Of a DNA stretch of 64,000 nucleotides, positions 14,094-24,801 are shown one piece after another. Each line of letters starts with the position of its first letter. Within the stretch, counting starts at the first letter, position 1. Under the pieces are notes generated by a model, which had not been told where the DNA came from, searched no databases, and saw only the letters and a program-made list of their open reading frames with translations. Origin of the DNA: Phoronis australis (lineage: Eukaryota; Animalia; Phoronida); the NCBI GenBank assembly GCA_002633005.1, contig NMRA01000631.1:2256-66255 (forward strand), given 5' to 3'. Both the position numbers and the translations under genes were made by a program.

Positions 14094-14889
14094 GTCAAGG
14101 TTTTGCAGCACTAGCTGCAGCATAAAACAGACATTAGGTAGTACGTTTTGTTTGAGTAGACTTGAGTACGAGCGGCCGAAATTAATAAAGTGATTAACTC
14201 GAACCAGTCTTCAGTCTATCATCGCACCGAAAGCGAACACCGGTCAGCGATAACCTGTGTCCGCCCATCCACAGAGTAAACTGCGTGTTCATTATAAAAT
14301 TTGCAAACAGATGCATGCCGACTTAGAGTAAGTTTTATGAATAAAACGGATGGAAAGACGAATATAGACGGCACACCGATATTAAAACCGCAATTTCTTG
14401 TTTTTTTCTTTTTATTCTTTTATTCATATCCGGACTACAGTGCAATGAACGTAAGTTTTTCATAAGCTCATTCATTCACACATTCCGATGAGAAAACCAA
14501 CCAGTTTCCTATCTAAAGAGTGCAGTGCACTTCCGACCAGACAAAAAGCCATAAATGGGTGATACACCCCATGTCACGGATTTGGATCGTACTATGCGTT
14601 GCAGTTTACTTGCTTATGTTATTGCGAAAATGTAGTTTAAACAATTCCTACTCTGATATGATAAATAGTTTAAAAGTCGGTAACATCAGTTTTCGCTCAA
14701 AATCAGTGACAAATGTTAACACGAAATCTCTTTTTTTTGGTATTGTAAAAATCCTAGAAGCTGCTGGACACTGAAATAGTTTCTGTAATGGATTAACTCA
14801 TCCATGGTCTCAGTAATAATAAATAGAAATTGGAAATATTGCTGAAATTTCTGAGGGTAACGGAGTCAAAGAAGCTAAAACACAGAAAA

Positions 14890-15325
14890 CTGATAACAAT
14901 TCTTTACCAGGCATAGTGAACAACAATTTCTGGGAATAGCATTTCAAGCATTTTTTCGTGACGATCCTTGGAAAGAACGCAAACTGAAATGCGACTATTA
15001 TAATGTCAGTTGAAATGAATGCAATCAACCTTGTGTAGTACAAGAGAACGTCTGTGTACATATGTACTTATCGGATAACGATTCTTTACCCTGCATTGAG
15101 AACAACTCCGAGGCGCAGTTTTCAAGCATTTTTTCATGAAGATTCCTGGAAAGAGTGTAATCTGAAACGCGACTGTTGAGATGTCGGTTGAATTAAATGT
15201 AACCAACCTTGCATGTATTTATCTGATAATGATTCTTTACTCTGCATTGAGAACAACAATGTCGACGCATACGTTTTCCATGCATTTTTTCATGACGATT
15301 CCTGGAAAAAACGCAAACTGACACG
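14890..15325. repeat. About three diverged tandem copies of a 150-180 bp unit
   Basis: AACAAC...TTTCAAGCATTTTTTC(G/A)TGA(C/A)GAT...TGGAAAGA...CTGAAA recurs near 14920, 15100 and 15250. Confidence 0.65.
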
Positions 15326-16501
15326 CTTCGGCAATCAGTAACAGTAGCATAGAATATGCATTTGAAAACTGCACTCGTCAGATATTGTCACTCAATAGGA
15401 AATGTTTGTATGCATTATAGATGACTTTTATTCGTCGTTTTTATGGAAATAAGAAAGTATGTGATCTAGTTTTTGAAATCAGGCACATTCTCGTGTCTCT
15501 CATTAATGTCGGGAAGGCAAAGAATTTTAGATCACGCATCCACAGGTATTTGTCCAGTTTATAAAACTTTTTCACGCCGGTGTTGCAGCCCTCAACACAC
15601 TAAACACTTAATACTTAGTAAGCATAGGAAGAACGAATGCAGTAATGCAACCGAGAAAAACTTGTTAAGAATCAGACAACAACAAATAACATGGGAAACT
15701 CCAGCGGCTCGAAAACGAGGCAGCAAATATGCCTGACAAATGTTTACAGTATTGTGGGTATGAACTATAGCGAGATTCGAGTGTCGCTGTGTAATCCAGG
15801 ACGGCCCTATTGCCATGAGCCGCAAGTATACAGTACTGACTGTATGTTTTTAATGCTACTAGTTATGTATGCTTCGACCGATCGAGAAACAATCCTAATA
15901 AACTTCAACACGTGCATTATACTCAAATAAATAACCCCGGCATAAATGCTGAAGGTTACAGAAGTGATAGGCCTACATTGACTTATTCAGTTCTGACAGT
16001 GGCGTTATTTTGAACTCGGGAGATGATTTGTGTGTGTTAAAATATTGCCCTTCGTTATCCGTAGGATTCACAAAGGATTGTAGATGACTACTCAAACATT
16101 AAACTAAGGCCGTAAGTTATTTTTAGAAATGCCATTGCTTGAGCTAGAGAACGCTTGTTAGCTGTCCCGCCGCTTTTCGGATATGTAGCGCAGCTTAGAA
16201 AACTCTAAAAAGTTACTCAGCTACTTTGAAATTTGAACACACATCTTAGCCGAGTACAGAGATTTTTTCGCTTGCTTCTCTCCGAGCCAGTTCTAAATGT
16301 CGTCTTGTATTTTACGCTGGCATTTTCCTCCGCGATAATTCTACGTTTCAAACACTCACTGACGCCTTCCTAAGCGAGGCTACCTAATTTTATAAGCACC
16401 TCCTCGTGATGGTCATGTGACACAACAACTCATTTCTCTGACTCCGCAAGTGTGCAAAAAAGTCCATTAATTGGTCCAGTTTCAAAAAGTTTACGTAAAC
16501 T

Positions 16502-16636
16502 GCCGTGGGTTTAGGGGGGAATTAGGGTCAAGGGGGCCATGGCCCCTATAAAATTCTCCCAAATTCAATTTGGCAGCTCAGGGGTACAAATGTCTGCCCT
16601 GGGCCCCCCTAACTCAAAATCCTGGATCCGCCCCTG
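16502..16636 (+). mobile_element. hAT-type MITE family A, copy 2 (left end degraded)
   Basis: CAAGGGGGCCATGGCCCC...AAAATTCTCCC...CAAAATCCTGGATCCGCCCCTG. Confidence 0.75.
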
Positions 16637-17708
16637 ATTATCAAACAATTTGTAACCATCATATTGATTGTAACAATATCATTAATTTTAACTATAATTT
16701 ATCTAACTGCATGACCTTTCACCGTTTATAGTTGTTTGTCTACTTTTTAAAAGTGTTAATGAGGGCCATCTGGTGGTGGATAAGCAATTGCTTGATGATG
16801 TATCTCATTAAAGGATGGTGAGAAAAATGAGCGCCAATGCTCCCAGTCTGGTGCACTACAGGTGGAGCTAAACACCACTCTACAAATGATGGAGCATTGT
16901 GTAAGAGTGAAGTGGTAAAGTCACCAGCCTTGATGTCACCAAATGTCTGCCAGACAGTGGTAAGAATGCTCATTGTAATAGAATCATAAAAACACAGCAG
17001 ATTTTATTGTTTTATATTCTGGTCACAGCCAATACCTTCAAGACAAGATTACCCTATCCAACACTCACCCCAAAAATGTGTTATGGTCACAAAACCGAAA
17101 TTCCCCCTTAAATTTATCCTATATATTTACACACTGGGACTGAATTAAAGCTAAGTATGTTCCAAGACAGTTTCCTCTCGGGCAACTTAAACTGTAAACA
17201 GTGTGTGTGGCTTAAAACATTTTATTTGCAATTAGGCACAGCGAAGTATGTTTGTAACAAAAATGTGTGCGCCACAATGAAAAATGGAAAAATAATACTG
17301 TACCACCTGACCTACCTGTCTCAGATAAGGGGATAAGGGAGGGTAGAGTGACAGGAGAAGTATTTCATCAAAAACCTTTATGCAGTAAACAGTTTGCACT
17401 TAATGCATATGCTAAGTTTAATTCTCTCAAGGAAAAATGCACATGGTAGTTTTTAAAACAAGTTGACTGCTATCTTCTTATCAAACACAACAGCAAACTG
17501 TAAGAGCAAATATCTTTAGTATTCAAGAAATAATGCGTTAGTTCTCATATGGCTTCCTTCTCCAGCCTGAGTCTTTCTCACAACTTCTAAAAACTATACA
17601 GACAACCTGAGACAAAATTCGTCAACTTCTCAAAAATTACTATATATTAAGTAATTTGATGCTTAATATAAAATTATTACTGCAGTGTATCTGTAAGTGC
17701 TCACTCAC

Positions 17709-17918
17709 CATTATAGTCAATGTTGAACTCTAAGAAATAAACGTGTCTGGAGGAGAAGTGGCCACAGAAAGGCACTATGCATGTTTTGTCAACACCAAGT
17801 GATATGGCATATTTCTCATATTCAATCACAGGGTGTACTGTGAAGGAAATATCTGTACTGATCTTCTGAATAGACGTGTTGAACAAGTCAATGTCATACC
17901 AGCTGTCACATTTCAGCA
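17709..17918 (-). CDS. Tandem muconolactone-isomerase-like domain protein, exon 3 of 5
   Basis: Acceptor CTTTCCCTTTTCAG, donor GTGAGT, 210 nt, phase 1->1; VLKCDSWYDIDLF...FTVHPVIEYEKYAISLGVD...YFLEFNIDYN(G). Confidence 0.85.
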
Positions 17919-19800
17919 CTGAAAAGGGAAAGAGCAAACCAGAACATCAACAACCAATTCTTGCAGACAGACAGCAAACATCACAAAATAGAGGTAATCT
18001 TAACACACAAAATAAAATTCAATGTTTGTTTAAAAGGTGTGACCAAATGCAGTATCAATGTGACAGAGGTGGTTGGTAAACAACTTTTTTCAAAGCCATT
18101 ACAACAAATCAGGCAAGAGCTGAGGATCCTCAATGTCTCGAAGTCGGGGCCGAATATCGGCCACATGGCCTGACGAAAAATATTTAAGAATCACACAAAA
18201 ATACCGCAATCAGATCCAAAATCACCCATCAATGATTTTGGCTACTAGCCTCTAATATGACTCTACACAAATTTTGCTGATGGCAGATTCAGGAATTGTT
18301 AGTGAGCATGTATTTTTCAGCAGTGTAGTGGAGGATTCAGATTTAAAGCTAGCACAAGTTGCAACTCTGTTATTTCTGGGCCAATTTTGATCCGTCAGAA
18401 ATGAATTCTCAATGTATTTTTAAAATGATCACAGATACACCCAAGAGGTAAATGAACATAAGTAAAAGCCACGTTTCAGTGCATTCAAGCATGGTTGGTT
18501 TGTAACATGATAAGAGGTGTGCAGCGACTCAGAGCATTCGTTCTCAACAGTCGTGTGCATACAGACCCACAACTCCCTCAGGATAAAAACTATGTTTTGC
18601 CTTCATTTTCAATAATGTACACCTTGTGGACTCGTGTAAGAAAGGACTGAGGGTACATAGAGAGCTGCCCCATGTCTGAAAGGAGATTTGATTTGAGCGA
18701 CAGCCTTACAGTAACCTTTGACTTCAGGTAAGTAAAAACCAAATTTCTACGCAGTTGTGTGGTTCTAAGGTGGTTCTGTTAATTCCCTTTTTCTTGCTAA
18801 ACGGTAAATATTTCGTATTTGAAGTTCCCTGAGAATGAAAATAAGGTATTTTGCAAAACATGTGAAATGTTGTAAAAATGGATAATTTTTGTTAATAAGG
18901 TTTGAGATGTCCTTAAGGGGCGAATCACTATCAAAAAGGGGAGTGGACCCACAAATTTTTGGCCTCCCAGTTGTTACTTCTTCTCCCCACCCAGTTGTCA
19001 CTAATCCACGTAAAAACTTGGCCCATTTCATGGCACCCTGTACTCAGTAGATTTGTATAAGAACTGTTATTATTAAGAAACCTGCTCATCAGCATCGCAG
19101 ATCTGAGGTCCTTTTGTGCGGAGAAGAGCAAGTACTGCCTTAAGAATGACTTGACAGCAATCCTGACTAATATAAATCCATACATCGTGGACTAAAACTG
19201 GTGATCTTTTTAACTTTAGGGCTTCTAAAAATTAAACTCAGGTTTGCAAAAAGTTACATTAGGTCAATTTTCTCTGACTAAAATAAATTGATATATCATG
19301 AACAGAAACTGGTGATTTGTGGACTGTGTGGTTTCTGAAACTGAGTTTCTCATGAAAAAAATAGGTGAGGGGTAATTTTTTTAAGCCGAAAAAATACATT
19401 AAACATTAGCCAAAAAAGGTAAAGGTTTCTGTTCAGTGGTACCCGTTTTACTTTTACTCTCTGAACCCTGGTATTATATGTCCTTAACAATGTACTAGAA
19501 TAATATCTGGATTTAGTCTCGATTTGGAAAGTGCACAAGCATTTAAAACCAAATGGGAGGTTTTTGTAATGAGCGATACATTTGCACCTTTTGGCATCAC
19601 GAAAATGACGAAATGGACTGCAGAGGAAGCAAGTGATAGTTGTGGCAAGATGGGTTGATAGGGTACATACCTCATTCCTGACTTCCTCACTGAGTTGTGT
19701 AAATGCAGTAAATTTTAGCCATGGTTTTTCTTGTTTCACCATTGAAAGTAAAGTGCATGGTAACTTAATAGAATAATGAACATCTAAGAGACATAATTAC

Positions 19801-19828
19801 CAGCAACAAGTCTTCTTTCCCCGACAAC
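19801..19828 (-). CDS. Tandem muconolactone-isomerase-like domain protein, exon 2 of 5 (28-nt microexon)
   Basis: TTTTTTAG|GTTGTCGGGGAAAGAAGACTTGTTGCTG|GTAATT = VVGERRLVA(V). Phase 0->1 bridges exons 1 and 3 and mirrors VVNERR in domain 2. Confidence 0.8.
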
Positions 19829-20794
19829 CTAAAAAATTAAATGTAAAATCATTAATGTACAAAGTTGATGTAGGCTACTAACAACTAGTTCAGCTGTCAG
19901 CCATTTACATGAAAAATGTATATCAATCACAGGCTCGAAACTGTTCTTCTAGAGAAAACCCTGTTCTAATATGCCCTATTGATGGACATTAAAAGATGGC
20001 AGTAAAACATGAACAGCAACACTAAATCTCCTAAACAACCATGCTTTATGTCACTGACCATGGAAGAAGCGGCAAAACAGTAATTTCAATATAAAGCAAT
20101 CAATGCCATAAGTAAGGCATTACGTCCCTGAAACTAACGTCTGTGTTCCAAACCATCTGCACACGACAATCCATTATAACGACTTGTATTGGCGTGATAT
20201 TAAAATCATTTCAAATATATGTTAAAATGAAACATATGTGTGCACTCATTTTAACTGGCAAAAATGTGTTATTCTCATCACACTATCTTATTTTAAACAA
20301 ACACAAAGCTTTGAACAGTTACAGTGTGTAGTTTGGAGTACTAATACCCTAAGCAACAATTCCAAATGCTAAAACCATAAAATTTTTATTTTTAAAATTG
20401 CAAAAGGGAACATTGGATTCGCACTTCTCGTAAAGGCCACGAGTGCTCTACAACTACAGAGGAAATTGTGGTCAAAATCACAGCGGCAGTCGCTGAGGAC
20501 ACACAAATGTACTGAGAACTGTAGAGGATGACACGTTAACACTATAGTATTAGATGTGTTGAGTTTAAATTCAAATTATGTTCATGATGCAAACATCTTA
20601 TTTAAATGAGATCAATTTGGAGAAATCTTTTTGAATTTTCACCCATGTGGTCACCTGGACTGGTTCTTTCTACATTCCATTCTCATTAAGGGTGTTAGTA
20701 ATCAATAGAGTGACTCACAACAGAAGCTGCACCTGAAAGAATGTGGATAGAACAAGTTGTGATAAGGAATCTCGGCTTAAAGGGCATCGTGCAT

Positions 20795-21809
20795 TGTGCC
20801 AGTCCAAATTGTAATATCATCCCAAATTGTCACAGCTTCAAAATTGTGACACATTACGGCGTTTTCCCGTTGCTCCTAACTTGTTCAATTCTATAGCCCA
20901 ACAACAAGTTGGGCAGTTTACCCCTGTACCCAATATCTTAAACAACTGATTAACTCCATTCTGGCATTCATGGTTGGAGGGCCACCTCTCTTTTGTTCCA
21001 CAATTGCTCTAATCTTCAAAAAGATTGTATCTAGCCTGATTGGGCTGTGCTGTTAAAAATAAAAGTTAAATGATAACATATTTGAACATAAACCAATAGC
21101 ATTTCTGAAATCCTCGTCTAATGGTGATCATGTTTAGTTTTGAATTGCCAAAATCGCCCAACTGCAACCGAAGTTACGATAATCTATTCTTTCTGAATGT
21201 ACCAATAATTCGCTCTGGGTTTGACGGTGTTCACACGTGGTCTGTAATAAGCCTGGTAGATACTTGGCCTGCCTGTTGTCATAACAGACAAAAGACTTTG
21301 CTAGGCAGTTAACAAAGAAGCTAGATGTTATCACACGCTCAGAACCCCCTACGTCTGGTAACGTCACTGAATGGAGAAACGCTGTCATGAGCAATTTTGT
21401 GTGCGCCAATTTGAGCCTGCTCTATAGTACAACTGTTGACTTGATCATGTACATTATCTGGGGTGCAAAATGAAATATTGATTTATAATATTAACCTCAT
21501 ATTTACTGTACTGCTGACTGTTCTTACTGCAGAGCTTAAACTTGTGTTTTTATTGTTGTCCATCTATTTACTAAACTTTTCATCATTGTTACTAGAATCA
21601 TCCACTGTCACAATTTATGTTGTTGTGGCAATTTGGGCCACTGCGACAACTTAGACTTGTAATACAGTTCAGGCCCAAATTGACGCAAGCAAAATTTGTT
21701 GTGACAACTTGGGCAAATGTTTAAAAGTTGGGTCTGCAGTGCTAACCCAAATTGTCACAATTTTAAAGCTGTGACATTTTAGGACAGCATGACAATTTGA
21801 TTCTGCACA
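20795..21809. mobile_element. TIR element with long imperfect inverted ends, carrying a ~540-bp segment
   Basis: TGTGCCAGTCCAAATTGT...TGTCACAGCTTCAAAATTGTGACA (20795-20851) is inverted relative to 21753-21809. Confidence 0.6.
20853..21389 (+). repeat. ~540-bp segment, direct copy of 22960-23498
   Basis: Collinear from ATTACGGCGTTTT..GTTGCTCCTAACTTGTTC to AAACGCTGTCATG, with scattered substitutions. Confidence 0.9.
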
Positions 21810-21840
21810 GGCATATTCAATATGAATGTCTTATGGCTGA

Positions 21841-22012
21841 CAGTGGCGGATTTAAGGGGGGGGCAAGGGGCCATCCCCCCTCCCCCCCTAAAATTCTCCC
21901 AGATTCCATTTGGCAGTACGGGGGTGCGAATTTCTAACGGGCAAAATCCTGGCTAATACCCTGCCCTGGCCTGCCCTCCCCCCCCCAACTCAAAATCCTG
22001 GATCCGCCCCTG
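21841..22012 (+). mobile_element. hAT-type MITE family A, copy 3, with 5-bp TSD GCTGA
   Basis: GCTGA|CAGTGGCGGATTTA...TGGATCCGCCCCTG|GCTGA. Confidence 0.9.
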
Positions 22013-22239
22013 GCTGAGAGTAATGTCAGTCCTTACTAGTATAATTCTAGCTTATGATCTGCTGGACCTGTTCTATCCACATTCCAGTCACTAGGTCACG
22101 TAGTGAGGGTAATCACTGTTTCTTGTCAGATTATAACAAAATACAAGGCTTGAAAACATCCAGGCTTTACTTTTCCATTTTATTTTTGGGACATAAAAAC
22201 CCAATGCAAACCCTAAATCGAAGTGGATAGAGGAATAAA

Positions 22240-22795
22240 ATTAGACTATGATTCCTACCACTCCCTGTCCCAGATCAGTTCCAGCTGCTAACAGAGAGCA
22301 GGTAACTATAGATGGAAAGGTTTAATGGCATAATCACGAAAATCACTGAGCCAACACCATGGCTGCCATCATCAGTATGTGTTCAGAAATTCAATCATAG
22401 AGTCAAGTTGTTCATCCCCATTTTGTGCAAATCAGGCTTAGTGATTATTAGTTCTTACTACATAGCATTTAACACCCCCTCTTGGGCAAAACAGGCACTT
22501 AGACTGCTCATGGGCTTGAGAAGTTCCCCAGAAATTTATCATTGGGCTATGGAAAAAATGTTTCGGTCTCTTTTCGTCACAGTGGTTGTGGAGAATGAAG
22601 ACTGCTGCATGGGGAAACGAAAGCTCTGGCAAAGTCCTGGACGCTGTTGGAGGGAGCTAGAATAGGGAAGCAAATTAATGCGAATCTAAGCCCTGGGCCT
22701 ACAGTCAGATCACCTTGGTTGACGTGACTCTCTCCGGGTCACCAGCAGGCCAACGGTTTCGCAGAAAAGTTCGTTCATGTTATTAAGCAATTGAT
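22240..22795 (+). mobile_element. Degenerate Ty3/Gypsy pol (RT and integrase) fragments
   Basis: GIITKITEPTPW, AFNTP...RLLMGLRSSPEIYHWAMEKMF, and integrase SPGHQQANGFAEKFVHVIKQ. Confidence 0.75.
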
Positions 22796-22959
22796 ACTGT
22801 GATTGGCTTTGTTAGAGCTGCCGACTTGCCTGGGCAAATTAACAAAGGACTGTTTGAAAAAATGCTTGACTGTGGGAGTATTTGTTCCTGCTGGGAAGAG
22901 TTGAAGACATTCAACAGCCTTCTAAGCCTCCTGTCCCTCTATGGCTCTATGCGCAAAAT

Positions 22960-23498
22960 ATTACGGCGTTTTTCTGTTGCTCCTAACTTGTTCGATTCTT
23001 TAGCTCAACAACAAGTTGGGAAATTTACCCCTGTAGCCAATATCTTACACGACTGATTAACTCCATTCTGGCATTCATGGTCGGAGGACAAGCTCTCTTT
23101 TGTTCGATAATTGCTCTAATCTTCAAAAAAGATCGTATCTAGCCTGACTGGGCTGTGCTGTTAAAAATAAAAGTTAAGTTATAACATATATGAACATAAA
23201 CCAATAGCATTTCTCAAATCGTCGTCAAATGATGATCATGTTTAGTTTTTGAATCGCCAAAATCACCCAACTGCAACCGAAGTTACAATAATCTATTCTT
23301 TCCAAATATACAGAATTCACTCTGGGTTTGATGGTGTTCACTGACATGTGGTCTGTGATAAGTCTGGTAGATAACTAGCCTGCCTGTTGTCATAACAGAC
23401 AAAAGAGTGCTTGGTAGTTAACAAAGGAGCTAGATGTTATCACACGCTCACAACCCCATATGTCTGGTAAGATCACTGAACGGGAAAACGCTGTCATG
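22960..23498 (+). repeat. Second copy of the 20853-21389 segment
   Basis: Direct alignment by eye over the full length. Confidence 0.9.
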
Positions 23499-23616
23499 GG
23501 TATGGTTTAAATTTAATCAGTGTGAGGCATAATTCGCTGAAAGGCTTCAGGCGTATGGAGGGCTAATGGGATGACCACAGTCTCTACTGCACAGGGGTAT
23601 TTGTTCGAGTTGGAAG

Positions 23617-24135
23617 TGTTGTAGACGTGCTTCCGGTGAATCATATGAGCCTCCGTTAGCCACTCGCTAAGGGGCAATTGCCTATTAGCTGAATGGTTAG
23701 CAAGCTTGCCGGTTTTATGGGGGTCGCTGGTTCGATTCCCGGGTCTGGTAATCTCGGCTATTACTACAAATGACGTAGTCGGCAAACGGATGATCTACCG
23801 ATGAAGCAATGCCAACTAGTACCCGCGGACGGCGCGCATGGAAGGTTGCAGGAGTCAAGGACCTGTGTATGAGAGACTACTTTGTGTTCACCTGTGTGTT
23901 GTGGTGGTAAAAGTACCAAGGGACGTTGATGACCTACGTATGGGAGACATCCTGGTGTTCACCTTCCTGGTGGCGAGCCCGTTCTGTAGGAAAGGGGGGA
24001 TGTTGTAGACGTGCTTCCGGTGAATCATATATGAGCCTCTGTTAGCCACTTGCTAACGGGCAATGCTTATTAGCTGAATGGTTAGCAAGCTTGCCGGTTT
24101 TATGGGGGTCGCTGGTAATCTCGGCTATTACTAAA
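23617..24135 (+). mobile_element. TRIM (mini LTR retrotransposon) with tRNA-derived LTRs, Helenus-type
   Basis: LTRs 23617-23768 (TG..CA) and 24001-24135; PBS TGACGTAGTCGGCA (23771-23784); PPT AGGAAAGGGGGGA (23988-24000); TSD GAAG on both sides; Pol III A box TAGCTGAATGG and B box GGTTCGATTCC in the 5' LTR. Confidence 0.9.
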
Positions 24136-24354
24136 GAAGGATTAAAGACATCGATGTCTTCCTAAGGTGTCCCTCTATGTGCATAAGGTACTTACAACAA
24201 TATGACTTTGATTTTTTAATCAATGTGAGACACAATTCGCCGAAAAGCTTCGAGCATACTTAGCGTCTATGCCCTATACTTTACAGGAGTTTCACCGTCT
24301 CGAGTGGTCAGAGTGAGAGTACACGGAAGATCAGAGAATTAAATTCACACTCAC

Positions 24355-24486
24355 CGTAAATCCATAAAGCACGTGAACTTTTGAATTAAATTCTTGCATT
24401 GCTTGGCTGAAAAAGTGATGAATGCTTGGTGCATCACCAGTGCACGGCATGTCTTTACTTAGCAGCTCAATCACAGCAAGAGCCAT
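24355..24486 (-). CDS. Tandem muconolactone-isomerase-like domain protein, exon 1 of 5 (model 24486-24355,19828-19801,17918-17709,13373-13261,8298-8164; 205 aa)
   Basis: ATG at 24486; MALAVIELLSKDMPCTGDAPSIHHFFSQAMQEFNSKVHVLYGFT; donor GTGAGT. The five exons sum to 618 nt in one open frame, and all introns are GT-AG. Confidence 0.8.
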
Positions 24487-24639
24487 GACAAAAGTTGCAG
24501 AATTCCAAGGCTACTCCCGCTCCAACTCCGACACTTGCAATCTTTCCGGGTCAACATAGAGGTCATCAAACGAGGTCACTTCCCGGGGTCGCTCCCTGGC
24601 AACCGCTGCATTTACTGCATGGGAGCAATATAGTCATTA

Positions 24640-24801
24640 CAGCGGGGCGGATCCAGAATTTTTAGTTAGGGGGCCGGGGGGGGCAGGGCAGGGTATTAAC
24701 CAGGATTTTGCCCGTCAGACGTTTCCACCCCTTAACTGCCAAATGGAATCTGGGAGTTTTTTGGGGGCATGGCTCACTTGCCCCCTCTAAATCCGCCATT
24801 G
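24640..24801 (-). mobile_element. hAT-type MITE family A, copy 4 (inverted), ~150 bp upstream of the MIase-like start codon
   Basis: CAGCGGGGCGGATCCAG...TAAATCCGCCATTG; no TSD seen. Confidence 0.8.

Noticed and set aside
20719-20732. 14-nt microexon TTTCAG|GTGCAGCTTCTGTT|GTGAGT on the minus strand
   Set aside because: Including it would break the MIase-like frame, and its acceptor lies in a small repeat also present at 22069-22084.
23680-23750. tRNA gene
   Set aside because: A and B boxes are present but acceptor and anticodon stems do not pair well, and it is part of an LTR.
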